NCBI GenBank assembly: GCA_002633005.1
Contig: NMRA01000559.1
Span: 62,001-126,000 of the forward strand
Reading direction: 5' to 3'
From: Phoronis australis
Taxonomy: Eukaryota > Animalia > Phoronida
Length of the DNA stretch: 64,000 nucleotides
This document shows, piece after piece, positions 12,168-26,716 of the stretch (within the stretch, counting starts at the first letter, position 1; every line of letters starts with the position of its first letter). The notes under the pieces are model-generated. The model had not been told where the DNA came from. It worked only from the letters and a program-made list of their open reading frames with translations, and ran no database searches. Made by a program: the position numbers and the translations under genes.

Positions 12168-15100
12168 ATGGCCAATAACCAGACTCTCAAGTATGTCAGC
12201 CTGGTCCTCTTGGTGGTACAGATTACTGCTCACGTGCTCACCATGAGGTACTCACTCACTGTCGAGGTCAAAGGTCAACGTTACCTACCCTCCACGGTGG
12301 TAGTGGTGTGTGAAGTGTTGAAAGTATTGGCTTGTCTTGCGATGCTTTACTTCGAAAATGGTGAGGATGAATGGATTTTTTCAATCAGTTTTTGTTGCTA
12401 AGGATCTTTGTAGCATCCCATCTAGAAGTTTGCTTACAGCTGTTATGAATTTGCCTAATTGTGTCAAAAAACTGACATAAATAGCATCTGCGTTGTTTGT
12501 AACTTCAGTTTAGGATCATTCCGGTAGACTTTGAAATGGAAATTGATGAACTTGTTTTGCCTAAGTCGGAACATTTTGTGAATCGGTATTCAGTAATAGA
12601 ATATCATTGTTCCTCTCCTTCATTCGCTGCTTGCTTCGGCAATCAAGGACTAGCGTTTTCATTTATTTCCAATTTATGTCTTAATTTCACAGGTCGTTCT
12701 ATGTCATTGCTATGGCAACAGCTCAGAGAAGAGGTTCTATACAAGCCGGTGGAGACATCAAAGCTGGCCATACCTGCCTTGCTGTATACAGTACAGAACA
12801 ACTTGTTGTTTGTTGCACTTTCCAATCTTGATGCAGCAACATATCAGGTGAATGTTCTCATTGTTTATTTCTTAAGCTATTGATTACCATCCAATTGCAG
12901 CTCTGTATAATGTTTCGCCATGAAATCAGCCTCTTTCCCGTTCGACTGACAGCCATATTCATTTGGTTTTGGCGCACTGAATGCTAAGTTGTTAAGTTCA
13001 GTCTTCTACGGTAATGCTCCAGTTATTTAGCACAAAATAAATCCAAAATATTTTCCTGATTGGGTGTGCCAAATAAAATGAACATAGTTACTGACTTCGT
13101 AGTTGGCAGGTGTGCAAAATTAACCGAGTAACTAAGGATCACCCAGCTGGTCATTTGATGAAATGCTTACTACGGGTCGTCAACACGATCCAGTCAACAG
13201 TAATTAAGTAACATTATCCTGTTCCAACGTAAGAGTATTTTAATATATCATCAGTGGTGGTACACTCCTTTGAGTATATATGGCTGAGCAACACAGTATT
13301 CATCCAGGTCACCGCTTTCACCATTTGTTTAAGCCAACATGTCATTGAGATATCCAGTATACACGAATTATTTAAGTCATGAATACAGTATTTTCAGACA
13401 TTTTGGACACAGTTAAAAAGTGTGTAACTATTTATTTACTAGAATTGATTACAGGGCTTTGTGTTGACATTTTCTGAAATGCAAAACCGACTGTGTGCGA
13501 ATTAGTCGAGGCAGAAGTTCCCACGAAGTAGCCTCGTGCAAAATAAACGAGGGATAAAATGTTTTTTCAGAACAATTTTTGGTGTTCGAAATGAAGATGG
13601 TGTGCTAAATAAGTGTAGAATTACAGTATGTTTTTGCTGGCATTGACAATATTGCTGAGAGCATAGAGCATTAGAGACTTAAATAGGAATGCATAGTGTG
13701 CTGATGTAGTTGTGATCTGGCTTTTCTGAAAAATGGCAATGAATTGTATTCAACTAGAGTAACAAATCTACAGGGGAGGGCTCGTAAACCCCCACCATTT
13801 AGAGGATGACCATAAAGCAGAATACACTGCCAGCTCAACACAGCGCCACCTATTGTGTACACCCCCTGCCCCTTGGCATAATCATAGATTTCTACGGTGA
13901 CCTGTTCATTTTACTTTTATCATTGATATTGGCTTTCGAGCTCTAATCTCATCCATGTGCTAACAACGCTTTCTCGAAAACTGACCACATTGATTGTCAG
14001 TCCTCAAGTCTTAAATTTTATCAAATAAAGCAAAAGTTATTAAGACTTGAAAATATTTTGTATGATGCGAATCATCTTAAAAATTGCAATTTGATGCATG
14101 GAACAAAATGTCTTTATTTTAGTCTTCTTATTCGCATAGTATGAATGGTTTCTGGGCTCAATTCTTATTATTGTACATTGTGTTTTATGTAATAAACATT
14201 ATAACAAAAACTTGTCTTTTTTCATTCCCATTTAGGTGACTTACCAGCTCAAGATCTTAACTACAGCCCTATTTGCTGTGCTGATCCTCGGTAAGAGTCT
14301 CAGTGCCACCAAATGGCTATCCCTGGTTATTTTAACCGCTGGAGTAGCCCTAGTGCAGGTGAGCTGCTTGTTGGTTTCTTTTTTTGCTAGCAATGATTTT
14401 GTCCTCTCATCCTGTAATGCTTAGGTGATGTGACACTGAGTAAAATACATTTAAAGCCTGTGTTGAACTGTAACACCTGTAAATTTGGTTCCTACAGTAT
14501 GTTAATAGCATCGCTCTGAGCCCACTAGCGCCATAAATTGTCAAATGTGACAAAGTGTTAGGCGTATTGGTTTGATTTCGTCTATGTCATCGCAAGATTC
14601 ACTTTTTGATTCAAACAGCTACGAATAACACGCACACGCAATGGTGTTCTATTCAGACCCCTATTCAATACAACTGTTGTCGGCTTTCCTTGTTTGTACT
14701 GGGATCTCGCTGTGACGTAATATTGCACAAAGTGGTAGCTTCACCTATCATTTGACAGGCCTTCATTTGCTTGTCTAAACTAGCGTTTTCTTATATTGCT
14801 AAAGCTTTGTTAGGACTACCTGGTTAGCCTAACTCATCAAAAAAACAAAATTCCGTTGAAGTTGAGCTTTAAAGGCAATAATAAAGCAACCTGTTTCAAA
14901 AGCGTAATTGTGTTGGCGTCTAATAGGGCAGTCCCGGATTACACAGGGACACTTCAATCTTGCTGTATTTACCCACAATGCCGTAAACGTCCACCAGGCA
15001 CATTTGCTCCCTCGTTTTCATGCCACCAGAGTTTCACGTGTTATTTATTGTTGTCTGATTCCTTACAAATTTTTTCTCGGTTGCATTAGTATGCTCTATT

Positions 15101-18100
15101 CGTCCTTCCAATGTCAGCGAAGTATTACTGCTGTGCTGTGGGCTGCAACTCCGATGTGAGAATGTTTGATAAACTGGAAAAATACCCATGGATGCATGAT
15201 CTGAAATTCTTCTTCCCGACATCAGTGAGAGGCACGAAAATGTGCCTGATTTCTAAAACGAGGTCACGCGCTTTTTTATCTCCCAAGACAAAGGAGAGTT
15301 CTATCGCCGTGCAATGCTGGACAGCCCTTTACCGTTTTTCACAAGATAGGGAAAAAACGAAATGTCAGATGCAGTGAGTTTAGCAAAAATCCAAGTAAGG
15401 ATCTAAACTCATTACATGGTTTCTCAGCATTTCAAGTACTTTTGGGGAAATTCACAGAAACAATAATTCTAACCACAACATTATTTTTTTCAAACTAGCT
15501 AAAATGAAAAATGACCCAATCATCTCTATAGATGTTTGTAATACTTGTAATATGACACAATTTCTGTATAAATATATTCTTGGTAAGTTTGCGTAAACCT
15601 GATTTTTAAACAAGGCTCTGAACCACAGTGGAATGCATGTAGGGATAAAATTGAATCAAATGAATACTCTGTTGACAACAATGGTAATAATCACTCTTAC
15701 AAGGTTTCACATTTTGTGAAGTAGTTTTATCCACTTAATAGTATGGGAATCAAACTTGTTCTCAAAATCCGGGGCCAATGTAAGTTATTATTGCCATAAA
15801 CATTCGTTTGCCAATTTTCCATTTTGGGCTTGGATGGAGTAACTAGTTTACATAGTGTCTTAGAATCTTTCGAAGGGTTACAACACATGGGCGTCATCCA
15901 GACACAATTAAAGATTATCACTGACAAGTAGTGTGTCTCACATATGTGACAAATACAATGTTAGTGTGTGTGATTTATACGTGCACAAATTACCAATAAT
16001 TATTTGACAATTGAGACTTCTTATTGATAATTTAATTAGATCTTGTGACAAATTGTGTCTTGACATTAAACACGAACCCGTATCTTGTAGAACATGCATG
16101 AATATTTTGCATGTTAGGAAGCTATGTCATGGACGAAATCTTCTTTGTTTCCAGTGGCCATCCACAAGTGAAAGTCCCAAAGACAACAACATGACGTCAG
16201 AGTTCGTAGGTATAACCGCTGTGCTGCTGGCGTGCTGCAGTAGCGGTTTCGCTGGCATCTACTTTGAAAAACTCCTCAAGTTTTCCAACCAGAGCCTGTG
16301 GATACGAAACATTCAGTTGGGTGAGCTTGTGGGCAAAACTTCTTGAATGTTTATGTATTTTAGTTCTGGGTCTGGGGTTTAATCTTTGTTGTGACATTTT
16401 CTGTTTTACTTTTAATTAGTATACTCAAGATAAGTGTCCAGGCTTCTCGCTGTGCAAAAATGCAAGGAAGGTGCATATTGCATTGCTAAATTCTAATACA
16501 ATGGAACGTAATTTAAATTATGTGACTTAAAAATAGAAAAAATTTGGCTTTTCAAACATGGCTCACAATTTCAAACATGGCTCAGAGCATTTCAAACATG
16601 ACCCAGAGCTTTTCAAGCACAGCTCAGAGCTTTGTAAACATGGTTGGCTCAAGATTTCTTACATGGTGCTGGACCATGTTCGAATACACATAGAGAGAAC
16701 TCTGGTGTCTATTGCTGTGTGCTCGAGTTTGCAGTATAATGATTTATGCAAATGAATACCAAGTTTTCACTTGACAACCCCTAAATTCGAGCTACAAACT
16801 CGATTAAAGACTCTAGAGATTCCAACTAAAAACTTGAAATTTCGAGTTTGGATTCAAATGGCGGTCTAGTGCAAACTAGGATTAGACAGCCACCCACGTA
16901 AACCGTAACTTACTTTTGTACAGAATAATAGACACTTATCTTGACATCGCACAAATATAGGTTCGATTTCAAGATCCGTCCCTCGAGCCTGAATCCTGTC
17001 TGAATCAGTTGATGTTGTGGGCCCCTCTTAATGCCTAAAATCGACCTAATTCTCAATACTTACTCAGCCACTCAGAGTATGCCTCAAGTCCTATACTGTG
17101 ATACAGAATGCTTCCATTATCGAACAAATGATTTAGGGCATCAGAAAGTAACAAAAAAAGTTTCATAAGGTCTTCAGTTTTTACACGATTGACCAGCTCA
17201 TACAAAATGGGACCAGATGCTCGTTCGATTCCTCTTGATGGTGGTAGCCAGCTGTTGTCATCATTCTAATGGGATGCAAATAAGATTTTCTGCGTCAAGA
17301 TTGGGGCTCACACCAGTAATCAATAACCAATACATGTTGATAATAAGAACAACTAGTTAATACCCATGTGAAGCACGGGTGGTCAGAGCAAGTAGACTTG
17401 GAGAACGCAACGTCACTTTTTTCGCTGTCTCGATTATATGGAATGAAGAAAATTGCACCTCACAAAACAGCATGTAAAAGAGTACAGAACTGGTTCTCAA
17501 AATGCAGGCATTTTATCTCCGACTATTACCCAAATATTTTCCTATAGATGGTTTTCAGGTAGAGAGTGATTACTGCTGAAAAGGGGGGCAAATGGTCTAC
17601 TTTCAGGCTGCGGATTTTGCCTCTTAATGATTAGATTTGGAAAAATGTTTTTTAAAGAGGCATTCTTTAAAAGGAATTTATCAGAGAGAAGGATTGAACC
17701 TGCAGCCCTGACATTTGCAGTTTAACACTCTGCTGATGGTACTAAATCCCAGTCAAAAAATGGCAAAGTATTTTTAAGTGAATTTACACTGTAACTGGTT
17801 AAGTCACCAATCTCGGTTTAAGCAAATGTCTGGCAGACAAAGGCGAGAATTGGAGATTTGTAATAAAATAACAGAACGCTAGGGATTGTGTTGTTTTATA
17901 TCTCTGATCAAAGCTGACAACTTCATGTAGTCCATCCATGCTCATCCAACAATTCCAAAAATGCATTTTTTGGCTGTAATGTACCTTTAAGTAATTTCTG
18001 ATTTGGCGTGATTTGGGTAGACATGATATTTTTAACAACAGGTGCACTCTGAAATATCGCAGTCTCGCTAAAATCAGTAAGATTTTCCCACGTTGTTACA

Positions 18101-20980
18101 CCTCCATAGCAGAGCTCACTTAAACTTTGGCTGTGCTTAACGTTATTTTTCATAAAAATGTGCTCGTTTATCATGATTGTACTGCCAATACTGTTTTATA
18201 ATGAGATGCAATGGTGACATAAATAATTGACTAGCAGTAGTGTGGGATGAATCGCTCTTTATTTCTCCGATTCGGCTCAGAGGTGTTAAATAGCAGTTCA
18301 CCTTTTCAAAATTGAAGCAGGTCAGCAATGTATTTTTACCTCCACAAGAGAGTTGAATTCAGGGCATTGCTATAGAGTTTACCAATATACTTAATAGTTG
18401 TTTCTTTTTCTTTTCAGCCATATTTGGAATGTTGATAGGGTTCGCTAGTGCAATGTGTATGGATTATCAGAAAATCGTGACAGGTGGATTTCTACAAGGC
18501 TATACATACCTCACTTGCATTCTTGTATTTTTACAGGTAATAACTTGCACTTGTTGCTTTCGCATACTTTATAGCCACTGTTTGATGTTTTGACTTTCGT
18601 TGCCTTACAGTTCTGTCATTCACGGACATTTTGAGATGTTGGATATTTCCGTGCGAATATTTTAATATTTCACTGCACAACAGTGGTAGTTTGATGGGTT
18701 GGTGGTCACAGGGAATTTGTAAAAGTACACTGGGAAATACCACTGCTTTATTCCCCACTCAAGAACGCTGAACGCTCTGTATTTTGTATCAGAAAGGGCT
18801 TGTGGGTAAAGTGTTCTATGAATAGGCTAGTGATATTGCTGAGACAGTTTTTTGTTACAGCTGGCTGTGTCAACTGAACTGCTGTGTTTTGGTCGATGCA
18901 GGGTATTTTCTAATGTTATCAAGGGTTTGTTTCGTGAAAGTGACTAATGACGTCTGATCTTTTGCTCCTTCTTCACAATTGCTGAAAAATGTTGAGCCAA
19001 GTAATTATGAGAACGTAACAGTCTAGAAATAAATTATAGACATTGTCTCAGAAATTAGCTGTTATATGTATGTTTTCAGAGACCGCACTTTTCCTCAAAT
19101 GAGATTCACAATTGCTGAAAAAAGATTTAGCCAAGCAATTATGAGCACATCATGGTCCAGAAATGATATATATAAATTATCCCATTAACTAGCAGTTATG
19201 TGACCTGCATTCTCAGAAACTGCACTTTTACTCAGTAGGTGAGATTTAATTGTTTTTCAGAAATCTTGTTTGAAGTGTATGACCAAATTTCTCAAATTGG
19301 TCTCTTGAGGAAATAGGCCCCAGGCCTGAGGCGAGCCTGTTAATTAGATTACAGAAATCAATTATTGCTACTTTTGTAGTCAGTAAGTGGAGGAAATGAA
19401 CTGATTCAGAAAGTTATGAAATTACAGGTAATATAGCCATGGTCAAAGTCTGTGTATTTTTATTGTACCTGTCCACTGCATTGTTTTGTTTTTGTTTCAG
19501 GCATTTGGAGGTTTAATAGTAGCTAGTGTCGTCAAGTACGCCGACAATATCTTGAAAGGTTTTGCTGCGGCTATATCCATCATCTTACAATCTGTGATAT
19601 CTTACTATGTTCTCGACGACTTTAATCCGTCAACGTAAGTAGTCCCCTCCAACAGGAATATTTGAGGTGGGGCAGGTGGATAAGGTTGAGCATAGAGAAA
19701 CAGTGAAATCTCTTCAATTTCGGACAGAAGTAATTGACAAAATTTGCCCTTTTCATTTTCAAGGTCTGCCAGCACCATCTGTTGGCAGCTATGGAAACTG
19801 AACTTGAACCCGGAGTGAAGATGAATTTGGGCATGTATTACTATCACCTCTCATTTGTAGCATGCTGAGTGGTGGAAGTTCTATGCTCAACTTGCCCCAT
19901 TTTCCCCTACCATTGGTGAGGTGGTAGCCTGACGAGTGTAATGGCTTTATTATGGTTCTCAAATTCAAACAAAGATATTGCCAGAATCATCATTTTTCAT
20001 TTAAATTGTCAAATGGTCAATACATTGCTATAAATGTTCAAATTAAATTTCATTGTTTGTTGATTACAGCCATACCTGCATGAGATTTTCAAATAATCCA
20101 GTAAAATTGTCGTCTTTGTACTCTTGTTGAAAACTTTGATCAACCAAAAACGTACTACTGTTCTGCCATGTTGTGTTCTGTAACTGCGGATTTCATATTA
20201 AGGGATTAGAATTCGAGAATGAACATTTCATTCATTTAGCAGCCAGTTTAATGCAAAACCTTTTCAAATTTAATCTGAATGTCATCAAATTTTCCAAAAA
20301 ATTACTTGTGCCCGTTATTGATTCACTGTTTTCATGTCCTTATTGGACTGAAAATTAACGTAATTTGTTGAATTATTCCCCAGTAATGAATTTCCGACAC
20401 AATATGGTGGACAAGTGATTATACATACGATTTTAACTTCAGAATCTGTGCCATGCCTTCCATCATACACTGTATTGTGGTATTGCGGGTATTCACAGCA
20501 ATTTTAGACGTGTAAATTTTGGTAATTGTTTGACTTTGGTGAGATTTTACTGTACTTTTCCCGAAATGTTGTAAATTTTGTCATAGCAATGATGCTTGTG
20601 TAGAGATCTGCAATCTGTGAGTGCTTTCTAGTGCATAAGGTCAAAGGTTTCACAAAATCGTCAGCTTGATGTGCTCAACTGGCGAAGAGACTTTGCAAAA
20701 AACAATTTCAAAATCACTTGCGAAAACAGAAATTATGCAACTATTCACTTCAAATCGACCTAAGATTTTGGTTTCTGCTGCTGTTCTAAACAGAGAACAA
20801 TTTTTATTTAATTTTCAGATTTCGTCCATTGCTCTGACGAATCATTCAACACATGGCTATTATTTAGCTTACCTTTGACTAACGATAGTTTTGTTTTCCA
20901 GATTGTTTTTTATTGGCACTCCCATGGTTCTCATGGCAACGTTGTTGTACGGATACGATGGAAAAAGTAAAAGTGGTTGA
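12168..20980 (+). CDS. SLC35A3: SLC35A-family UDP-GlcNAc/UDP-Gal nucleotide-sugar transporter, 322 aa; join(12168-12360,12693-12847,14236-14358,16155-16320,18418-18536,19501-19634,20902-20980)
   Basis: Seven exons (193+155+123+166+119+134+79 = 969 nt), all GT-AG and phase-compatible. Family motifs: [106 protein letters not shown]. Ends [14 protein letters not shown]. Assignment to A3 rather than A2 is less certain than the family call. Confidence 0.92.
14925..15328 (+). mobile_element. ~400-bp non-autonomous DNA transposon with a THAP zinc-finger remnant (ISL2EU-like), copy 1
   Basis: Starts AT|AGGGCAGTCCCGGATTACAC and ends ...GGACAGCCCT. Encodes [12 protein letters not shown]...[14 protein letters not shown] (CxxxxC...FP, the N-terminal half of THAP). 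Homologous in reverse orientation to 62015-62414. Confidence 0.7.
16549..16665. repeat. Degenerate ~21-bp tandem repeat (TTTCAAACATGGCTCAGAGC), 5-6 units
   Basis: Repeated tttcaaacatggctcagagc-like units visible directly. Confidence 0.7.
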
Positions 20981-23900
20981 TGTCAACGTGAATATAGATG
21001 GCAATTATTATTATTATTTATATATATATTTTAACTAATTTTTACACAATGGCGAGTGTCGAAACACTAGTTAAAAATTCAGCATCGACTGCTAAACAGC
21101 ACCAAAAAGTCAATAAACCGGTTCTTTTTTATTTTACCGCTACTTTGAAGTCAGCCATGTTTTACCCACTAAATCAGTGCTCAATATAGGTTAGATTAAT
21201 TAAAATATTTAGTTCACTAGCACAAGCTTGACGTTGATCTCTTACAGCCAGGGCGCACAACTAGATTGTATTACTATTGTGCTGGTGCGTGTTTTAGTGA
21301 ACAAAATTAATGTTCTATAGTTTTGATTGTATTTATCTGAAGAAGCACAATCCAAAATAAAGGGATAAATAGTAAGCGCTTTGTTTTCCACAGTTGTGTT
21401 TATATGTCTTGGGTGAAACTCCTGGATGAAATTGTTTGTGTGAGACATTGTCTCAAACATGCTGTAAATCATTCAGAAACCTGCGTTTCACGACAATTCC
21501 TTGTTTTGATTTAGACCGCTTACCATCGTAAAGTTTGTAGTTGTTCTCAAATTGTTTCTTAATGAAATTAGAGGTGGTTTCAGGGAATCAATGAAAGAAC
21601 TTAGTCTAAAAGTTTGTTATTGCTAAGGTTATGTAGGACCTTAACAACTGATGTATTCAGCCAAATTTTGTAAAACTATAGATTTTAGTTTGGTATAAAT
21701 ATTTTCTGAAAGTAGAAAGCCTGTAGAATTTGATTTTTGACTTTGTATATCAATTTTCTATTAGTTGGGTCACATGGTGGTGTCTTTTTATTTAAAATTA
21801 GCCAAAAAGAAAAGTACGTCCATGTCAAAACAACAGTTCAATAACGTTCAATAACGTGATCAAAATTCTTTTGATTACATAAATGTTCAAGATGAAATCT
21901 TAATATCGCTGTGACAGTTTTCTTAATTATCGGTTTATTTTCATTTTATGCAACTTTTGAATTTTTTCATGAAAATCACAAAAGTCTTATTTTTATAGCC
22001 TCTCACGCAAAAGTTGAAGACTTTATAAACAATTCCTGACAGTGTTTTGTAGAACAGCGCATGAAACAGAGTATGTGAAAGCATCATATGAATACGGTCG
22101 GCTATTTTTGATGTTCTGAAGTTGGCCAGATTTGGACATTTTCCGAGGGTCCTACATAATCTTATGACCACTGGCAGGTTCTTCATTTTGTGTAAGGAAT
22201 AACGAACTGTAAGTTCTTTACAAGACCAGAAATTCCTTCTTACCTGAGCAAGGAAAAAGATGAAACCAATTTTATTATGGTAATTTGGTCCAATTAAAAA
22301 ATTCGCTTGTTTGATGTGTTAATTTAGTTTGAAACTGCAAATATTGGCGCCTCCAAAAGCACGTTTCAAATTTTTATTTCATTATTCATCGATTGTTCAC
22401 TTTCAATTGGGGGATTCGATGTCCACAAGGTGGCACTACTGAAGCAAGGTTAATCTTAACATCTTATTAGAGCGAGCACAGGCAGGAAACAGTTCACCAA
22501 CTTGGGGGCCATTCGTGGGATACCAAGGGTCTCACACAAATGCCAGCATTTCTGTAGGTTAAACTGTTACACTGGCGCTCCCTAGTGAGTTCAGAGTATC
22601 ATGTTGCTGAATGTGTCATTGGGTGATTTGAAATATTGTTGTGTGATTTTTTCCAACTTTTTTCCCTGATGTTATGCATTACAACTCCACTGTTAAAGCT
22701 TCTAGTGATTTTGACTCTATATTTATAAAAGTATCATATTGGCCAAATTGTGCCAAGGTTTGCGGTTTATCATCCATACATCAGATTCCCTTTGTCCCAA
22801 CGAGTAGGTGTATTCGGGACATACTTACAGCCAACTGTATGTTACGAAACTCGTCATTTTTGTACGTTATTGTACAAGTTTTGTAACCTTCAGTGTAAAT
22901 GACTTTACTAGAATCTTAAATAATCAGCCACCAATCCTCAGGCAATGTCTCAATTCATTGTAACAATGATTAAGAAATTAGTGATAATTACAGTCAATTG
23001 TTTATATCAAGCTTCTCTGTCTTCTTCCTACACTCATGCATATGTTCAGTGTATAATTATGTACTGGAAATCAAAATTACAATTGTTTGTTGTATGTAGG
23101 CATTGGCCTCATAATACAGTTTACATTTACAATTTTACAAACATTTCAGCTCTTGGCACTGTTGCTCTTGAAATATATAGCGCCGGGGTTTTTAGTTCAC
23201 AGGAATCATGGCTTTGAAATAATGCTCATGGAAAGTTTTTACAATTTATGTAACGTTACATAACGATTAACATGGATATGTTGTCACCTTAAGATTAATT
23301 ATTTGAAACGTCCTTCAACGAGACTTACAAAAACATTTTATGTAAGACTGGCATTTCCATGCCTAGCGATAAGTAACCAAAGATTAGATACCATTTAATC
23401 TATGAGGATATCTGTCTGTACCAGTCCTATGAGTGAAGCTTACCTGCGTACACCTTGTGTGAATGATTTGGACATGCAGTTACACATTATTGTATTTGAA
23501 ATGTTTAAATCTGCATTTCACACCGTTAAGTGCGCTAAAAAATGAAAATTGGTATCCTGATCTTCCCTACTGTGATAGAATTCCATCTCCGTTACCAACA
23601 AGAACATCGAAACCATCGACTCGATAAGAAAACGCTCGTTTTTTGGGGAGTTGGCCAATCCTGAAATTGCAAATCAAAAAATTGTGTATTTATGGTGACT
23701 TTTTAAGACTTGGTAGCAGAAACTGAATCCTATCACATTAATTAATATTACGAGACTTGTTTTATGAAAGTAACAGTCCTAAATTGATTTTCATTTTAGC
23801 CATTTAAACAGGACGAAATTCAGGTTTAATAAGTGTAAAATACCTGTAAACCCATAAAAAATACAAAATGACATCGAAGTGAAAATATAAAACAATACTT

Positions 23901-26716
23901 TTTCTAACTGTTTATTATGCATAAATCAAACCCCATTAATGCAATTCGATAATACAATTTCTCAGGTTACACTGGGACCTTTAGATCAACTGTAAACATG
24001 AACGTCCATTAGATATATGAAAGACATATAATACAACAGCATAAATGCAAAAGCTAAAATAACAGTTTTGATTTGCTTGACTTATGACTTGGTAAGAAGG
24101 ACATTGACCTATTACACACTTTCTAAGAACAATCTTGTTTCCCGTAAACTAGACTACTTCATATTCAGTGAGATTCAAATAAAGCTACCCTTAGAAAGAG
24201 CGGGGAATAAGGGGCAGAAGTCCGCTGTATTACAGCAACTCCCACTTTCATTCTCATTAAAAGTTTGACGTATCTGTGTGTTGTATCCTGCTGACCAGTC
24301 ATACAAACCAAACCAATCACAAATTTCTAAAAGCAGTTTGTTACTCAGCACTATAAAACAGATCACAAATATTAAGTCAAACCGGGCAGCAAAGACAGGG
24401 TGCCCGGATGTCTTGAGGACGGCAAGCGACAGCCAGCAGCTGAATAAGGATTGTACATCAGCTGTATCTGCCCCCTACTGTCCTGATGTCCAGGTGCCAG
24501 CCATTCGACAAAAGATTCATGAATGACATTGTTTATGTAAATCAGTTAACTAAAAGAAAAACAAAACACATGACATAAGTTTAAACTAATAAACACAAGT
24601 GTAAGCAATTCATAATACGAAATTATACAGAGAACGGGTATCCCCATGCAACAGCCTGGGAATACAATTATAGCTGCCTTATAAGGGCTTCGTTCCATCA
24701 GAAGTCTGATACAACTACATACAATGGCTTTTTACAGTCACTTTATCAACAGAGCACTAAAATACAGGTTTATGCATAGTTAGAAATGTCATTTAAATAT
24801 CACAAGCAGCAAATGCTGTCAACAGTAGACAATAGAAACTGGACCAGTTTCACAGCATATTGTAAATATTCAATAGATTTGTACAAGAACCTCGAGCACC
24901 ATCGAATCTTGATGTCACAAACAATGATCGAAGTTCTTTTTTAAATTAGTCTGCAATTACTGACCCATTATAGCAAAAAAAAAAAACATTTCCGCCCTTT
25001 TGGGTAAAAACCTTCAACAAAATACTGAGACAGTGTAGGCATTCGTGTGAAAAAAAAAGTGAAAAATGAAAAAGCTCGTATCTGGCACTTATTTTTGTCT
25101 GAAATTCATGAGATTTTGCACCGCGTGTGTTCACTGGAACAAAATGATTACGGAATGCACAAAAAAGACTTGCATGAATGGGCCTATAATCTCTGCAACC
25201 ATGGTTTTTTGAGTCAGGCAATCAATGAGATTGGGAGTTGACGAGAGGTCAGCTACCTGCGAGTCATGCTCTATGTACATTGTTTACAAGAGACACTCCT
25301 CAACATTGCCTTTTTGTATCCTATAATGTGCCTACCTGAACGGGCAGATCCAAAGGAGTACAAAAGGGAGTCAGTGTTCTAATTAGTGCTTATAACTAAA
25401 TAACGGGACCCCTAATAGAGTGCCCACCTCAAGAGTGGAGTAATCCCCGCATGAGAGGTACATTTATCTATTAGTAGTAGAGCCCAGTACAAGAGGCATC
25501 TTCTAATAGCTATCGTAAGACTGTGTGGGACATTAGCGACAAATCTGTGTATTTATAGACAAAATATCAACAAAAACTATAAATTTTAACTTGGTAAAAA
25601 ATGCATATTTTGAGTAAACAGTTTGCAGAATTTGATTTTTGGCTTAATATTTATTTTCTTTTTGGGCCACGAGACCATGTCTTTTTAGTAAAAATTAGCA
25701 AAAAATAGAAGTACTTTTACAGCTAAAAATGGAATCAATAACATATCTATATAAACCTTAAACTGGCATGGAAATTTAAATTGCATGTATATACAGGCTG
25801 TACGTGGCCGGCTGAACAGACTTAGCACACCCCTCCCCCCACTTTTTTCAGTGCTGCGCCGCCCAGGTCATGCATATCAGGAATAGTTTAAAAACAATCC
25901 TTAACACTCAATCTAGTTAGGACTAGCTATTAACAGATACTAACATCTTGCTCTCTATTATAAAACAATGCTCAGCAAACCTCGCGAGCCATCAAAAAAA
26001 TTGAGCAAGTCTGAAAACTCCTTACAAAGTCAGCCAAGCAGGCAAACATGACTAATGCTTCAGGTGAGTTATGTGAGAATTCTGTGGAGAGACCACGCAG
26101 ACCAAAGACCCATCTTGCGACATAGTGTGTAAAAGTTTTTAGTTGAATGCCGACTTTATCACCCGAGACCCCAATGCATTGCGGATGAGCAGAATAGGAT
26201 TGGCTGAAATCACCAAAACATCAGGTGTACGCTTTCAAATAAATCCCCAACATTTTCTACTTCTGTAATCATAGTTATTGCACTTTACTAGGCTGTGAAC
26301 ATGAGACAATCTTTAGCACATGAGGTGACATTTTTCATATACATTACGCAAGTAAAATCTCACCCATTTAGGACAAAAATAACTGATGTAACTGTCTTTT
26401 TCATATTGTAAAGGCTACTAAATGACCACAATTTCTCAGAAATGTTGTCAGATGGTAACTAAGGAATAGATCTTGAAAAATTATATAGCATATATTTTGG
26501 CATTGCTGATCTTTAAATAAAAAAATAATTAATAAAAGTTTCCCTTGTGGGCCAATTGTGACCTAAATTGGTGAGATTTTGCCGCAAAACACAATCACGT
26601 TACATTGCATCAAGCACCAAAACAAACTGAACGTGAAATCGTCAAACAACTCAGATCTTGTTACGGCAAATTGTGCATACTTCATGAACTGCCACCAAAC
26701 AGCACTCCAGCTCCCC

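Noticed and set aside
12265-12277. Perfect DR1 AGGTCAAAGGTCA
   Set aside because: Lies within coding sequence (EVKGQ) and is explicable by codon choice.
19764-19818. Alternative terminal exon of the transporter after TTTTCAAG
   Set aside because: It would replace the conserved last transmembrane helix with an unrelated 17-aa peptide, and nothing supports it beyond an acceptor-like site.
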